64,000 nt of DNA from Burkholderiales bacterium (GCA_023701005.1 JAMPXW010000001.1:207843-271842), one strand, 5' to 3'; counted from the stretch's first letter, positions 42,776 through 53,043 are shown. A program made the numbers and translations. Notes: a model not told the origin generated them from the letters alone.

Positions 42776-43309
42776 ATGGAAAAATTAGGAAATAAATTTA
42801 GAACTTTTGTTATTTTTGCTGGATGTCTGTTATTCAGACTATTACCTTTGAGAGCACCGAATGTTGAGCCCATAATGGCTTCTATAATGCCCCTAGGACG
42901 TAAAAATGGCCCTTTGCAAGGCTTTTTGTTTGGATTCTTGAGTATTGTGGTGTATGACTCTCTGACTAATTTTGGGTATTGGACTTTTACCACAGGCATC
43001 GCTTATGGCTTGATAGGCGTGGCTTCTTTTTTCTATTTTAACAAATTTAAAACATCCTTATTCAATTTCGCTTTCTTTGCTTTTTTTGCCACTATATTTT
43101 TTGATTTAGTTACTGGAGTTTTACTAGCTCCATTTTTTGGACAAAATATTTACAATGCTTTTGTGATGCAAATTCCTTTTACCTTGCTTCATTTGGCAGG
43201 CAATATAGGCTTTGCTCTTACTTTGAGTCCTTTAATAAACAAATGGCTTTTGTTTGAAGATCCTTTGTTGGTAAAAAATAGTTCTTCTTTGGTAGAAGTA
43301 AAAATTTAA
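42776..43309 (+). CDS. ECF transporter S-component-like membrane protein
   Basis: About six TM segments, PNVEP motif, PFTLLHLAGN. Confidence 0.7.
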   Translation: MEKLGNKFRTFVIFAGCLLFRLLPLRAPNVEPIMASIMPLGRKNGPLQGFLFGFLSIVVYDSLTNFGYWTFTTGIAYGLIGVASFFYFNKFKTSLFNFAFFAFFATIFFDLVTGVLLAPFFGQNIYNAFVMQIPFTLLHLAGNIGFALTLSPLINKWLLFEDPLLVKNSSSLVEVKI

Positions 43310-43324
43310 TAGTATTTTAAATTT

Positions 43325-43412
43325 GGAGGCGTCGCATAGCGGTCTAGTGCGCAGACCTGGAAAGTCTGTGTGGGGAAACCCACCGAGAGTTCGAATCTCT
43401 CCGCCTCCGCCA
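43325..43412 (+). tRNA. tRNA-Ser (anticodon GGA)
   Basis: cagac-ctGGAaa-gtctg, long variable arm, ends GCCA. Confidence 0.96.
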
Positions 43413-43416
43413 AATT

Positions 43417-44220
43417 GTGAAAAAGATAATCAAGAAAATAATCCTGTTAAACAAAAAAGAAGGGGAGACTCCTTTAGAAGCTTTAGAGAATTTTCGTGAT
43501 AAAAATCCTCAATATTTAAGTGTGCCTATGACTTATGCTGGAAGGTTAGATCCTATGGCCAGTGGGGTTCTTTTGATATTAGCTGGAGAAGAAACAAAAA
43601 ATAAGGAGAAATATTTGAACAAAGATAAAGAATATGAATTTGAAGTTTTGTTTGGTTTTAGTACTGATACTTTTGATATTTTAGGAAAAATTTCCGCTAG
43701 GCAAGACCTAGCGGAGAGCAAAGAAGTAAATGTAAAAGAATTAGAGAAAGAGATAAAAAAGAATATAAAAAATTTTGTTGGTGAAAGTATACAAAAATAT
43801 CCGATGTATTCTTCTAAAACAGTAAAAGGTAAACCATTATTTATGTATGCTAGAAATGGAGAAGATGTGGAGATCCCAGAGAGAAAGATTTTTATATATA
43901 AACTAAAATTAGAAAAAATAAGAATGATCGATAATAAAAAATTATTTAAAAATATAGAAAAAAGAATAAAAAAAGTTAAAGGGCCCGCCTCGACTCGCGG
44001 AGAGTCGACGCGAGGCGGGGATTTTAGGCAAAAAGAAATTTTAAAGATATGGGAAAATAATTTGAAGTTTAAAGATTTTAGATTTAAAAAGTTTTATATA
44101 GCTAAATTGAAAGTTAAATGTAGTAGTGGTACATATGTTAGGAATATTGCATATTCTTTGGGTAAAAAGTTAAATATTCCATCTTTGGCTTTTTCAATAA
44201 AAAGAACGAAAATATGTTAA
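43417..44220 (+). CDS. truB: tRNA pseudouridine synthase B-like
   Basis: YAGRLDPMASGVL, TDTFDILG, PMYSS, CSSGTYVR. Confidence 0.88.
   Translation: MKKIIKKIILLNKKEGETPLEALENFRDKNPQYLSVPMTYAGRLDPMASGVLLILAGEETKNKEKYLNKDKEYEFEVLFGFSTDTFDILGKISARQDLAESKEVNVKELEKEIKKNIKNFVGESIQKYPMYSSKTVKGKPLFMYARNGEDVEIPERKIFIYKLKLEKIRMIDNKKLFKNIEKRIKKVKGPASTRGESTRGGDFRQKEILKIWENNLKFKDFRFKKFYIAKLKVKCSSGTYVRNIAYSLGKKLNIPSLAFSIKRTKIC
43984..44019. repeat. In-frame palindromic insertion (PASTRGESTRGG) in truB
   Basis: cccgcctcg...cgaggcggg, 36 nt, GC-rich. Confidence 0.85.
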
Positions 44221-44264
44221 AATTAGGGTGAGTCGTTTTATCAATCTTAATAGATTAAAAAAAT

Positions 44265-44660
44265 ATGAAAGGATATAATTCAAACATAGAAAAAGAGACA
44301 TTAGAAAATACAAATTTTAGAAAAGTTTTGTATACAGGGAAACATAGCCAATTAGTTTTGATGAGTTTAAAACCAAATGAAGAGATCGGCATGGAAATTC
44401 ATACAGACAATGATCAATTTTTTCGTTTTGAAAAAGGAGAAGGTAAATGCATCATTGATGGTAATGAATATATATTAGGGGATGGTTCTGTGATTGTCGT
44501 TCCTTCTGGTGCAGAGCATAACATTATAAATACTTCTAGCACAGAAGATTTGAAACTTTATACGATATATTCTCCAGCACATCACAAAGATGGTTTAGTA
44601 AAAGCTACAAAAGAAGAAGCAGAAAATGGCCCAGAATTTGATGGTGTGACAACTGAATAA
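44265..44660 (+). CDS. Cupin domain protein
   Basis: EIH..NDQFF, GAEHNI, LYTIYSP. Confidence 0.88.
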   Translation: MKGYNSNIEKETLENTNFRKVLYTGKHSQLVLMSLKPNEEIGMEIHTDNDQFFRFEKGEGKCIIDGNEYILGDGSVIVVPSGAEHNIINTSSTEDLKLYTIYSPAHHKDGLVKATKEEAENGPEFDGVTTE

Positions 44661-44664
44661 AAGG

Positions 44665-44820
44665 AAATCCCTACTAAGAATCAATTTTTATAAAGCAATC
44701 TATCTGGCAAAGCTTTGCCAGCGAGCTGCTCGTTACTCAAGAAAATAATAAATGGATTACCATTTTTATTTTCTAAGTTCCTGCGCAAGGCTTTCTAAAA
44801 ATTATTCTTAATAGAGATTT
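44665..44820. repeat. Structured intergenic element with about 31-bp imperfect terminal IR and three internal hairpins
   Basis: aaatccctactaagaatcaatttttataaagc / gctttctaaaaattattcttaatagagattt; ctggcaaagctttgccag; cgagctgctcg. Confidence 0.7.
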
Positions 44821-44853
44821 ATTATTTAATTTTTTCTAGAGTATAATATAAGC

Positions 44854-47802
44854 ATGTCGGCTGAAGCTTTCGAACAAGAATATAAGAAGCTTAATAAGGC
44901 TCAAAAAGAGGCTGTCGATAATATTGATGGCCCTGTGATGGTTGTAGCAGGCCCTGGAACAGGCAAAACTCAAATTTTAGCATTAAGAATAGGTAATATT
45001 TTGAAAAATACTGACGTAGGAGCAGATAGTATTTTGTGTTTAACTTTTACGAATTCGGCAGTGCATGCCATGAGAGATAGGTTGTATAAATATATAGGCA
45101 ATACAGCTTCGAAAGTTCAAGTCTTAACATTTCATAAATTTTCAGCAGAAATAATTGAGGAATTTTATTCAGTAATTGGCTTTGATACATTGCCAAGAAT
45201 TTTGGAAGACACAGAAGGTATATCGATCTGTGATCAGATTTTAAGAGAGAATGATTGGAAATATCTTCGTCCAAGAAATGATGTCGGTAGATATTTTAAA
45301 GAATTAAAATCTTTAATATCTTTATTAAAGAGAGAAAGAATGACACCAGAAGAATTCTTAAAAGAAATTGAGAATGAAATTTTAGATATCAAAAAAAGCC
45401 CAGGCAGTATTTCTACAAGAGGTGAGAGTAAGGGGAAGATGAAAAAAGAATTTTTAACTAAGATTGAAAGTCTGGAACGAACGAAAGAGACTGTTTTATT
45501 TTATGAATTATATGAAAAGAAAAAAAGAGAAGATTATCTTTTAGATTATGATGATAGTATCAAATACGCTTTAGAAATAATAGAAAATAGCGAGGAGGCC
45601 AGAGCTAGTATTTGCGAAAAATACTTGTATGTTTTGATTGATGAACATCAAGATTCTAGTGGTGTTCAAAATGATTTATTGAAAGCTATTTGGCAAAAAG
45701 AAGAAAAACCAAATATTTTTGCAGTGGGGGATGATCGCCAGCTGATATATGCTTTTGGTGGTGCAAAGATGTCACATTTTGAAGAATTTAAGACGATGTT
45801 TGGTAAAACAAAAATCATCTTTTTGACAGACAATTACAGGTCAACGCAAAACATTTTAAATACAGCGGATTCATTGCTCTCAAGTTCTTTTTCAGAAGAG
45901 AAACTTTTAGCCACAATAAAAGATAGTCATAATCTTAGATTAGTCGAAGCTGATTATCCACGAGATGAAATATTGGCTTGTGGTATAGAGATAAAAGATA
46001 AATTAAAAAATAATAAAATAGATTTAAATAGCTGTGCGGTACTTGTCCCCAAGAATAGACAAGTAATATCAGCTATAAAGATTTTAAAAGATTTAGGAAT
46101 AAAGGTTTCATCAATGCAAAACTTATCTTTATTTGATACTGATGAATTCGAAACCATATTAAGGATTTTAAAAATTTGCATAAATAGTCATGATGCATCT
46201 TCTTTATCTCTTAGTATTCTTGATCCAGTTGCCAAGATTCCTGTATTGTCCGCTCATGAATATTTGCATAGCAAACATGGCAAAGATATTAATTTGAAAG
46301 ATATTTTATTTGAACAGAATGATCTTTTTGGTAAATATGGTGAGATAAAAGCTTGGGCAGACAAATTAAAAGATCTAGTTTCTGCTTCTGTTAATTTAGA
46401 TATTTATAGTTTGGTACAAACAATAGGAGATGAAGTTTTAATAAAAACGGCAACAAATCATGATGAGCTTATTCGTAGAATAGAAGTGATAAGAAGTATG
46501 CTTCATTTAGCTTTATCATTTTCAGAAAAAAATAAAAAAGGGAATAAAGATTCATTGGTTGAATATATATCGTTTATAGAAAGATTGCGTATTTATGGTG
46601 AGGATGTACCACTTTCTTTGTTTGAGGGTGATGAAGGAGTAAAGGTCATGACACTTCATGCTTCTAAAGGTCTAGAGTTTGATTTTGTTTGGATCGCTCA
46701 CATGGACGAGAATGGATTAATGAAAGGCAAGCGTAGAAATTTTAAATTGCCAGAGTCTGTAGCTATGAAGATAGAAGAAAAAGACGAACTAGGGGCAAAG
46801 AGAGAGCTTTATGTAGCGATAACTAGAGCAAAAAGATTTTGTAATATATCATATTCAAGATTTTCTTATACTGGACAAAATCAAGAATTAGCTAAAATCA
46901 TATCTGATTTATTAATCTCAACCGAGAATGTTTTTGAAAAATCTTTAGCCAAAGATACCGAGAATAAACTCTTAGAGCATGACCCAAAAGTTTATGTAGC
47001 TTCTAGCCAAGTTAAAGATGAAATGAATGTTTTAGAAAAATTGATAAAGATAGTTTCAAAACAGTATGTAGATATTAATGTTTCTGTTTCAATGCTCAAT
47101 AACTTTTTTGAATGCCCACGTAAATGGTATTTTAGAAATTTATTAAAGTTACCGGAGCCTAAGAGTGAAAGTTTGGAATTTGGTAATGCTGTGCATGGAG
47201 CTATAGATAAAATATTGAAATTAAAAGATATTCCTACAAAAAAGGAAATAGAAAAGATTGTTGATGGAGATAAAGAAGTGATGAGAATAGTCACCAAGTG
47301 GGTAGAAGATAGATTGCCTAATATAAGTAAAAAAAGAGAAAACGAAAAAAGTATTTCTGTCCACTATAAAGAATTTTCATATTTAAATATTTACGGCAAG
47401 ATAGATTTGATAGAAGAATTAGAAAATAATATTTTGCGTGTTGTTGATTTTAAGACCGGCAATCCTCGCAAAAAGAATGACATAGAAAAGATGGATGAAG
47501 AGGGAAGGATGAGTGATTATATGAGGCAACTTTCCATGTATTCTTTTCTCTTGCAAGAGAGTAGAAAACAAATAAATGTTAAAGAATCTTGTTTGGAATT
47601 TTTGGAAGCTAAAGATAAAAAAGAAAGCATTTATACAACTTGTATAGATCAAGAAAAAGTAAAACTTTTAATTAAGGATATTAAAGATTATGACGATTTG
47701 GTAAAGACTGGAGGATGGATAGATAGACCATGTAATTTTAATTCTTATGGCAAAGCAAACGTTGAATGTCAGTACTGCAAGATGGCAGAGATTTACAAAT
47801 AA
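44854..47802 (+). CDS. UvrD/AdnAB-like helicase with C-terminal PD-(D/E)xK nuclease
   Basis: AGPGTGKT, IDEHQD, HASKGLEF, YVAITRA; GKIDLI, VDFKTG, C-terminal Cys cluster. Confidence 0.92.
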   Translation: MSAEAFEQEYKKLNKAQKEAVDNIDGPVMVVAGPGTGKTQILALRIGNILKNTDVGADSILCLTFTNSAVHAMRDRLYKYIGNTASKVQVLTFHKFSAEIIEEFYSVIGFDTLPRILEDTEGISICDQILRENDWKYLRPRNDVGRYFKELKSLISLLKRERMTPEEFLKEIENEILDIKKSPGSISTRGESKGKMKKEFLTKIESLERTKETVLFYELYEKKKREDYLLDYDDSIKYALEIIENSEEARASICEKYLYVLIDEHQDSSGVQNDLLKAIWQKEEKPNIFAVGDDRQLIYAFGGAKMSHFEEFKTMFGKTKIIFLTDNYRSTQNILNTADSLLSSSFSEEKLLATIKDSHNLRLVEADYPRDEILACGIEIKDKLKNNKIDLNSCAVLVPKNRQVISAIKILKDLGIKVSSMQNLSLFDTDEFETILRILKICINSHDASSLSLSILDPVAKIPVLSAHEYLHSKHGKDINLKDILFEQNDLFGKYGEIKAWADKLKDLVSASVNLDIYSLVQTIGDEVLIKTATNHDELIRRIEVIRSMLHLALSFSEKNKKGNKDSLVEYISFIERLRIYGEDVPLSLFEGDEGVKVMTLHASKGLEFDFVWIAHMDENGLMKGKRRNFKLPESVAMKIEEKDELGAKRELYVAITRAKRFCNISYSRFSYTGQNQELAKIISDLLISTENVFEKSLAKDTENKLLEHDPKVYVASSQVKDEMNVLEKLIKIVSKQYVDINVSVSMLNNFFECPRKWYFRNLLKLPEPKSESLEFGNAVHGAIDKILKLKDIPTKKEIEKIVDGDKEVMRIVTKWVEDRLPNISKKRENEKSISVHYKEFSYLNIYGKIDLIEELENNILRVVDFKTGNPRKKNDIEKMDEEGRMSDYMRQLSMYSFLLQESRKQINVKESCLEFLEAKDKKESIYTTCIDQEKVKLLIKDIKDYDDLVKTGGWIDRPCNFNSYGKANVECQYCKMAEIYK

Positions 47803-47898
47803 TTAGAATTTTGGGCCGTTATCTAACCAGCCGAAATAGAAACCTAATATTAGTAGAATTATGATTAATATGGCTAAAATCCAATGTTTTTTTAGCAT
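47803..47898 (-). CDS. 31-aa single-TM small protein (not in ORF track)
   Basis: MLKKHWILAILIIILLILGFYFGWLDNGPKF*; TGcTATACT 6 nt upstream of the ATG. Confidence 0.6.
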   Translation of the reverse strand: MLKKHWILAILIIILLILGFYFGWLDNGPKF

Positions 47899-47953
47899 AT
47901 TAATAGTATAGCAAATATTGGGAAAAAGTTCTTTTTGTGATATATTTTCATTA

Positions 47954-48664
47954 ATGGATAAAGAGACAAAAAAAGGAAAAGAACACCCGCTTTCTTTGGT
48001 TGTAAATGAAGCAGTAAAGATTTTTACTGATTTGGGTTTTGAGGTGGCTACTGGTCCAGAGCTAGAAGATGAATGGCATAATTTTGACGCTCTAAATTTC
48101 CCGAAAGATCATCCTGCTCGTGACATGCAAGATACTTTTTTTATTAAAAACAAGCCAGGATATGTATTACGTACTCATACATCAAATACACAAATTCATT
48201 TTATGGAAAAATTTGTTAAAGATGGTAAAAATCCACCATTCGCGATAATCGTTCCTGGAAAAGTTTTCAGAAATGAAGCAACGGATTCAGGGCATGAAAT
48301 GCAATTTTATCAACTTGAAGGCTTAATGATAGGTGCTAACATAAGCGTAGCTCACATGAAAGGAATTTTACTTGAATTCTTTAAAAGGTTTTTAGGAAAA
48401 GATGTAGAAATCAGATTACGTCCTAGTTTCTTTCCTTTTGTTGAGCCGGGATTTGAAGTAGATGTAAAACATGGAGACAAATGGATGGAGCTCTTGGGCG
48501 CTGGTATGGTTCATCCAAAAGTTTTAGAAAATTGTGGCATTGATTCTAAAAATTATCAAGGTTTTGCTTTTGGTTTTGGTCTTGATCGTATGGCAATGAT
48601 AAAATTTGGAATTCCAGATATTCGTCTTTTTTATCAAGGAGATTTAAGATTCAATCAATTTTAA
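47954..48664 (+). CDS. pheS: Phenylalanyl-tRNA synthetase alpha (short)
   Basis: HPARDMQDTF, RTHTS, FPFVEP, GFGLDR. Confidence 0.96.
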   Translation: MDKETKKGKEHPLSLVVNEAVKIFTDLGFEVATGPELEDEWHNFDALNFPKDHPARDMQDTFFIKNKPGYVLRTHTSNTQIHFMEKFVKDGKNPPFAIIVPGKVFRNEATDSGHEMQFYQLEGLMIGANISVAHMKGILLEFFKRFLGKDVEIRLRPSFFPFVEPGFEVDVKHGDKWMELLGAGMVHPKVLENCGIDSKNYQGFAFGFGLDRMAMIKFGIPDIRLFYQGDLRFNQF

Positions 48665-48668
48665 TTTT

Positions 48669-50504
48669 ATGAAAATTTCTTATAATTGGCTTAAGTGGTA
48701 TATTCCAGATGTTCCTAAACCAGAAGAATTAGTAAATCTTTTTACTTTTCATGTTTGTGAAGTTGAAAGTTTTGACAAAACGGCGGATGGTGATTTTATT
48801 TTTGATATAAAAATTTTACCAGATAGAGCACATGATTTACTCAGTCATTTTGGAGTGGCTCGGGAGATCTCTTCTTTACTTGATATTCAATTTATTGATC
48901 CAATTTTGAAGTATAAAAATCCACCATCAAAAGAGACTCAATTAATTATAGATGTTCAGTCTGAAAAATGTCGTCGCTATGTAGGTAGAATCGTTCGAAA
49001 TATAAAAATAGGTCCTAGTCCAGATTGGGTAGTAAAACATTTAGAATCAATAGGACAAAGAAGTATTAATAACATGGTAGATGCAGCTAATTTGGTAATG
49101 TATAATTGTGGACAACCCACGCATGTTTTTGATTTAAATAAGATGAATCAAGGTCTAATAGTAAGACAAGCAGAAGATGGTGAAGATATTACAACGTTAG
49201 ACAATAAAGAATTAAAACTAAAAACTTCAGATCTAGTAATTGCAGATTATTCTAAAGCTCTTGCTATTGCTGGTATAAAAGGAGGGAAGATAGCAGAGGT
49301 TGATAGTGAAACCACAGATGTTGTTTTAGAGGTTGCTAATTTTGATCCTACTTCTGTACGTAAAACTGCCCAAGCTTTAAATATTTTTACGGACGCAAAA
49401 AAACGTTTTGAGAATGATTTATCTCCAGAGTTATGTGATCGTGCTATGTTAGAATTTTCTGCTTTGATTTTAGAAATGTGTCCGGAGGCATCCTTTGAAG
49501 ATATTGTAGATATTTATCCAAAAAAACAAGAAATTAGAGAAGTATCTTTTAGTCTGAGAAAAATATCAAAAATTTTAGGTGTAGAAGTTTCTTTAGAAGA
49601 GATAAAAGATATTTTGCGAAGATATAATTTTGAATATATAGAAGATGGTGAGTTTATAAAAATAAAAATACCATTCATGCGATTTGATCTGAACATAGAA
49701 GAAGACATAGCAGAAGAAATAGGCAGAATAATGGGGTATGATAAAGTAAAGCCAAAAATTCCTGAAATAAAATTTACACCCAAGAGTAATACAATATATG
49801 AGAAGATTGTTTTTGTTAGGAATAAATTTTTGAATGATGGATATTCAGAAGTTATGACTTATGTATTTAGAGATAAAGGAGAAGTGGAAGTCCTTGCTTC
49901 TGCTTCAGATAAAAAGTTTTTAAGAACTAATCTCACTGACGGGCTTAAAGAGAGTTTAAAATTAAACCAACTTAATTCTCCCTTGCTTGAAATGAGTGAA
50001 ATAAAAATTTTTGAAATCGGAACTGTCTTTAAGAAAACTGGTGAAGAAATGCATGTTGCTTATGCAGATAAAAAAGAAATAAAAGAAATGAAATTAGAAG
50101 AATTTTGTTTTAATTCTCCTCTTGAGGAGTACCCAAAGGGGGAGGTGAAGTATTTCCACCCCGGCACAAGTGCCACCCCTCAAGAGGGGAATAAATTTAA
50201 ACCTTGGTCAATATATCCTTTCATCTCTCGTGATGTAGCTGTTTGGGTACCTGAGAGAGAAGATCCTTTAATATTAAAAAAATTGCTTATAGATAATGCC
50301 ACAGATCTTTTGATAAAAGAACCTTATTTGTTTGATTCATTTACAAAACCTGCCTCGACGCAAGGCGAGGATGGAAAAACTTCTTATGCTTTTAGGCTTG
50401 TTTTTCAGTCGTATGAAAGAACTTTAAAAGATGAAGAAATAAATGAAATTATGACTAATATAACCAATAAAATCAAGGAGAAAAATGATTGGCAGGTTAG
50501 GTAA
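48669..50504 (+). CDS. pheT: Phenylalanyl-tRNA synthetase beta (short)
   Basis: MKISYNWL, PDRAHD, EEIGRI.GY, C-terminal RDVA/RTL anticodon-binding domain. Confidence 0.94.
   Translation: MKISYNWLKWYIPDVPKPEELVNLFTFHVCEVESFDKTADGDFIFDIKILPDRAHDLLSHFGVAREISSLLDIQFIDPILKYKNPPSKETQLIIDVQSEKCRRYVGRIVRNIKIGPSPDWVVKHLESIGQRSINNMVDAANLVMYNCGQPTHVFDLNKMNQGLIVRQAEDGEDITTLDNKELKLKTSDLVIADYSKALAIAGIKGGKIAEVDSETTDVVLEVANFDPTSVRKTAQALNIFTDAKKRFENDLSPELCDRAMLEFSALILEMCPEASFEDIVDIYPKKQEIREVSFSLRKISKILGVEVSLEEIKDILRRYNFEYIEDGEFIKIKIPFMRFDLNIEEDIAEEIGRIMGYDKVKPKIPEIKFTPKSNTIYEKIVFVRNKFLNDGYSEVMTYVFRDKGEVEVLASASDKKFLRTNLTDGLKESLKLNQLNSPLLEMSEIKIFEIGTVFKKTGEEMHVAYADKKEIKEMKLEEFCFNSPLEEYPKGEVKYFHPGTSATPQEGNKFKPWSIYPFISRDVAVWVPEREDPLILKKLLIDNATDLLIKEPYLFDSFTKPASTQGEDGKTSYAFRLVFQSYERTLKDEEINEIMTNITNKIKEKNDWQVR
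50113..50192. repeat. About 80-bp palindromic in-frame insertion in pheT
   Basis: attctcctcttgaggagt ... acccctcaagaggggaat; inner ggcac-aa-gtgcc. Confidence 0.8.
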
Positions 50505-50525
50505 TTTCTGATATAATTATTGTAT

Positions 50526-52601
50526 ATGGCAAAAGAAAAAGAACAAGAAAAAGGTGCCGGGAAAGGGCATCATTATGATGCTAGTGATATTTCTGTTTTG
50601 GAAGGTCTTGATCCAGTACGTCGTCGTCCTGGAATGTATATTGGTACTACAGGCATAGATGGTTTGCATCATTTGATTTGGGAAATTTTTGATAACTCTC
50701 GTGATGAAGCGATGGGAGGTTTTTGTAATAATATAGAGATTGTTCTTTTGCCTCAAAATCGTATTCGTGTAGCTGACAATGGTAGAGGTATCCCCGTTGA
50801 TATTCATAAAAAAACAAAAGTGTCTGCATTGGAAACAGTTATGACAACTCTTCATGCAGGAGGTAAATTCGGAGGAGAAGGATATAAAGTTTCTGGAGGT
50901 TTGCATGGAGTAGGTGCTTCTGTAGTTAATGCACTTTCTATTTATTGTAAAGCAGAAGTTCATAAAGATGGTGGTAAATATCTTCAAGAATATTCTCAAG
51001 GTAAAAAGAAATCTGCTGTAAAGAAAGTTTCTTCTTCAAAGTTAAATGGAACTATTATAACTTTTCAACCAGATGAAGAAATATTTAAAGATATTAAATT
51101 TGACTTGAACACTGTAGTGAGTCATATTCGTCAGCAAGCTTATTTAGTGAAAGGGCTAAAGATTTTGATAATAGATGCTAGGGGATACGAAGGCAAGATA
51201 GATGATTCAGATATTTTTTATTTTAAAGAATTAGGATTAGAACTTCCTTCTACTTCTTTTTATTTTGAAGGAGGATTAACTTCTCTTGTTAAATATTACA
51301 ATAAATTCCAGAAGCCTTTACATAGCAGTATTTTTTACATTGAAAAAGAAGTTGATGGTGTTGGAGTTGAAATAGCTCTCCAATATGTTGATGATATCGT
51401 GGATAGAATAATTCCTTTTGCAAACAACATATACACTCCAGAAGGAGGCACACATGTCACAGGATTCAAGACGACTCTCACTCGTACTTTGAATACATAC
51501 TGTAAGAAGAATGAAATGATGAAAGAGTCTGAAGGAGGTTTTACTGGAGACGATGTTTTGGAAGGTTTGACTTGTGTTATTTCTGTTAAACTTCGTGAGA
51601 TACAATTTGAGGGACAAACTAAAGCAAAACTAGGTTCTGTAGAAGCACAAGGTGCTGTGGGAACTGTGTTTGGGGAAGCTTTTGCTGCGTTTTTAGAAGA
51701 AAATCCAGATGAAGCAAAAGCTATAATTAACAAGTCTATTTTAGCGTTAAAAGCTCGTAAGGCAGCTAAGGCAGCCAAGGATTCAGTTCTTCGCAAGGGT
51801 GCTCTTGAAGGCATGACTCTTCCAGGTAAATTAGCTGATTGTCAAAGTAAGAGTGCAGAAGAATCAGAATTGTTTTTGGTGGAGGGAGACTCTGCGGGTG
51901 GTTCCGCTAAACAAGGGAGAGACAGACGTACACAAGCCATACTTCCACTTCGTGGAAAGATTCTGAATGTTGAACGTGCTCGTATCGATAAAATGCTTGC
52001 TTCTAAAGAAGTGAGAGCTCTCGTCATAGCTATGGGTACTTCTATCGGAGATACTTTCGATTTAGAAAAGATGCGATATCATAAAATAATTATTGCGACA
52101 GATGCCGATGTCGATGGAGCTCACATACGTACTCTTCTTTTGACTCTTTTCTATAGATATTTTAGACAAGTAGTAGATGCTGGATATATTTATATTGCTC
52201 AACCACCACTTTATAAAATAAAAAGAGGTAAAGAAATAAATTATGCATATTCAGATGAAGAAAAAATAAAAATAATCGGCAAAGATACAGATGTAAGCGA
52301 GATAGAAGCAGTCGAAGATTCTGCTAATGTTGAAAATGAAGAAGAAGCAGAAGATTCTGAAGCAGAAACAAAAAAGAAAATGAATAAAGTGCATATTCAG
52401 CGTTACAAAGGTCTCGGAGAAATGAATCCAGAAGAACTTTGGGAAACGACGATGGATCCAGCTAAAAGAGTTTTAAAGAAAGTAAATATAGAAGATGCAG
52501 AAGAGGCAAATAAAGTTTTTGAAATTCTCATGGGCTCTGAGGTTCCTCCTAGAAAATCTTTCATTCAATCAAATGCAAAATTAGCAGAAATTGATATCTA
52601 A
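50526..52601 (+). CDS. gyrB: DNA gyrase subunit B
   Basis: VRRRPGMYIG, GGLHGVG, EGDSAGG, PLRGK, DADVDG, YKGLGEM. Confidence 0.96.
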   Translation: MAKEKEQEKGAGKGHHYDASDISVLEGLDPVRRRPGMYIGTTGIDGLHHLIWEIFDNSRDEAMGGFCNNIEIVLLPQNRIRVADNGRGIPVDIHKKTKVSALETVMTTLHAGGKFGGEGYKVSGGLHGVGASVVNALSIYCKAEVHKDGGKYLQEYSQGKKKSAVKKVSSSKLNGTIITFQPDEEIFKDIKFDLNTVVSHIRQQAYLVKGLKILIIDARGYEGKIDDSDIFYFKELGLELPSTSFYFEGGLTSLVKYYNKFQKPLHSSIFYIEKEVDGVGVEIALQYVDDIVDRIIPFANNIYTPEGGTHVTGFKTTLTRTLNTYCKKNEMMKESEGGFTGDDVLEGLTCVISVKLREIQFEGQTKAKLGSVEAQGAVGTVFGEAFAAFLEENPDEAKAIINKSILALKARKAAKAAKDSVLRKGALEGMTLPGKLADCQSKSAEESELFLVEGDSAGGSAKQGRDRRTQAILPLRGKILNVERARIDKMLASKEVRALVIAMGTSIGDTFDLEKMRYHKIIIATDADVDGAHIRTLLLTLFYRYFRQVVDAGYIYIAQPPLYKIKRGKEINYAYSDEEKIKIIGKDTDVSEIEAVEDSANVENEEEAEDSEAETKKKMNKVHIQRYKGLGEMNPEELWETTMDPAKRVLKKVNIEDAEEANKVFEILMGSEVPPRKSFIQSNAKLAEIDI

Positions 52602-53043
52602 TAAATTTATGAGTGAAGGATTGCAAAAATTAGATAAATCACAAATTGAAAAAGGGTTTGAAGCCTTGACTAATAAATTTACTGATATATTTAATAGACC
52701 ACTACCCGATGACCCTGAAAAAAGAAAAATTGTTATTTCGCTTGATAAAGCTTTTGAAGACTTTTTACAATATAAAATTAGTGAACACATAGGAGAAGTT
52801 TTAGATATACCCGATGAGGTTATTTTCAATATCATTGGAAATGCTTTTTCTATTAAACCTTGTGAATCTTTTAAAGAAGTTTTTTCGGTTCTTAGATTAG
52901 GGGCATATGGTGAAATAGGAGATAGCTATAAAGATGGTGATATTGAAAGAATTGGAAAAGATAAATGGAAAATAAGAGATATAAATGTTTTTAAAAAATT
53001 AGAAAAAGCATTAAAAAACAGCTACATAGAAGCAACACGTTAA
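52591..53043 (+). CDS. Hypothetical protein
   Basis: 150-aa ORF overlapping the gyrB end; start may be ATG 52609. Confidence 0.6.
   Translation: MISNKFMSEGLQKLDKSQIEKGFEALTNKFTDIFNRPLPDDPEKRKIVISLDKAFEDFLQYKISEHIGEVLDIPDEVIFNIIGNAFSIKPCESFKEVFSVLRLGAYGEIGDSYKDGDIERIGKDKWKIRDINVFKKLEKALKNSYIEATR

Noticed and set aside
50517-50999. 160-aa minus-strand ORF
   Set aside because: Antisense shadow of the conserved gyrB N-terminus
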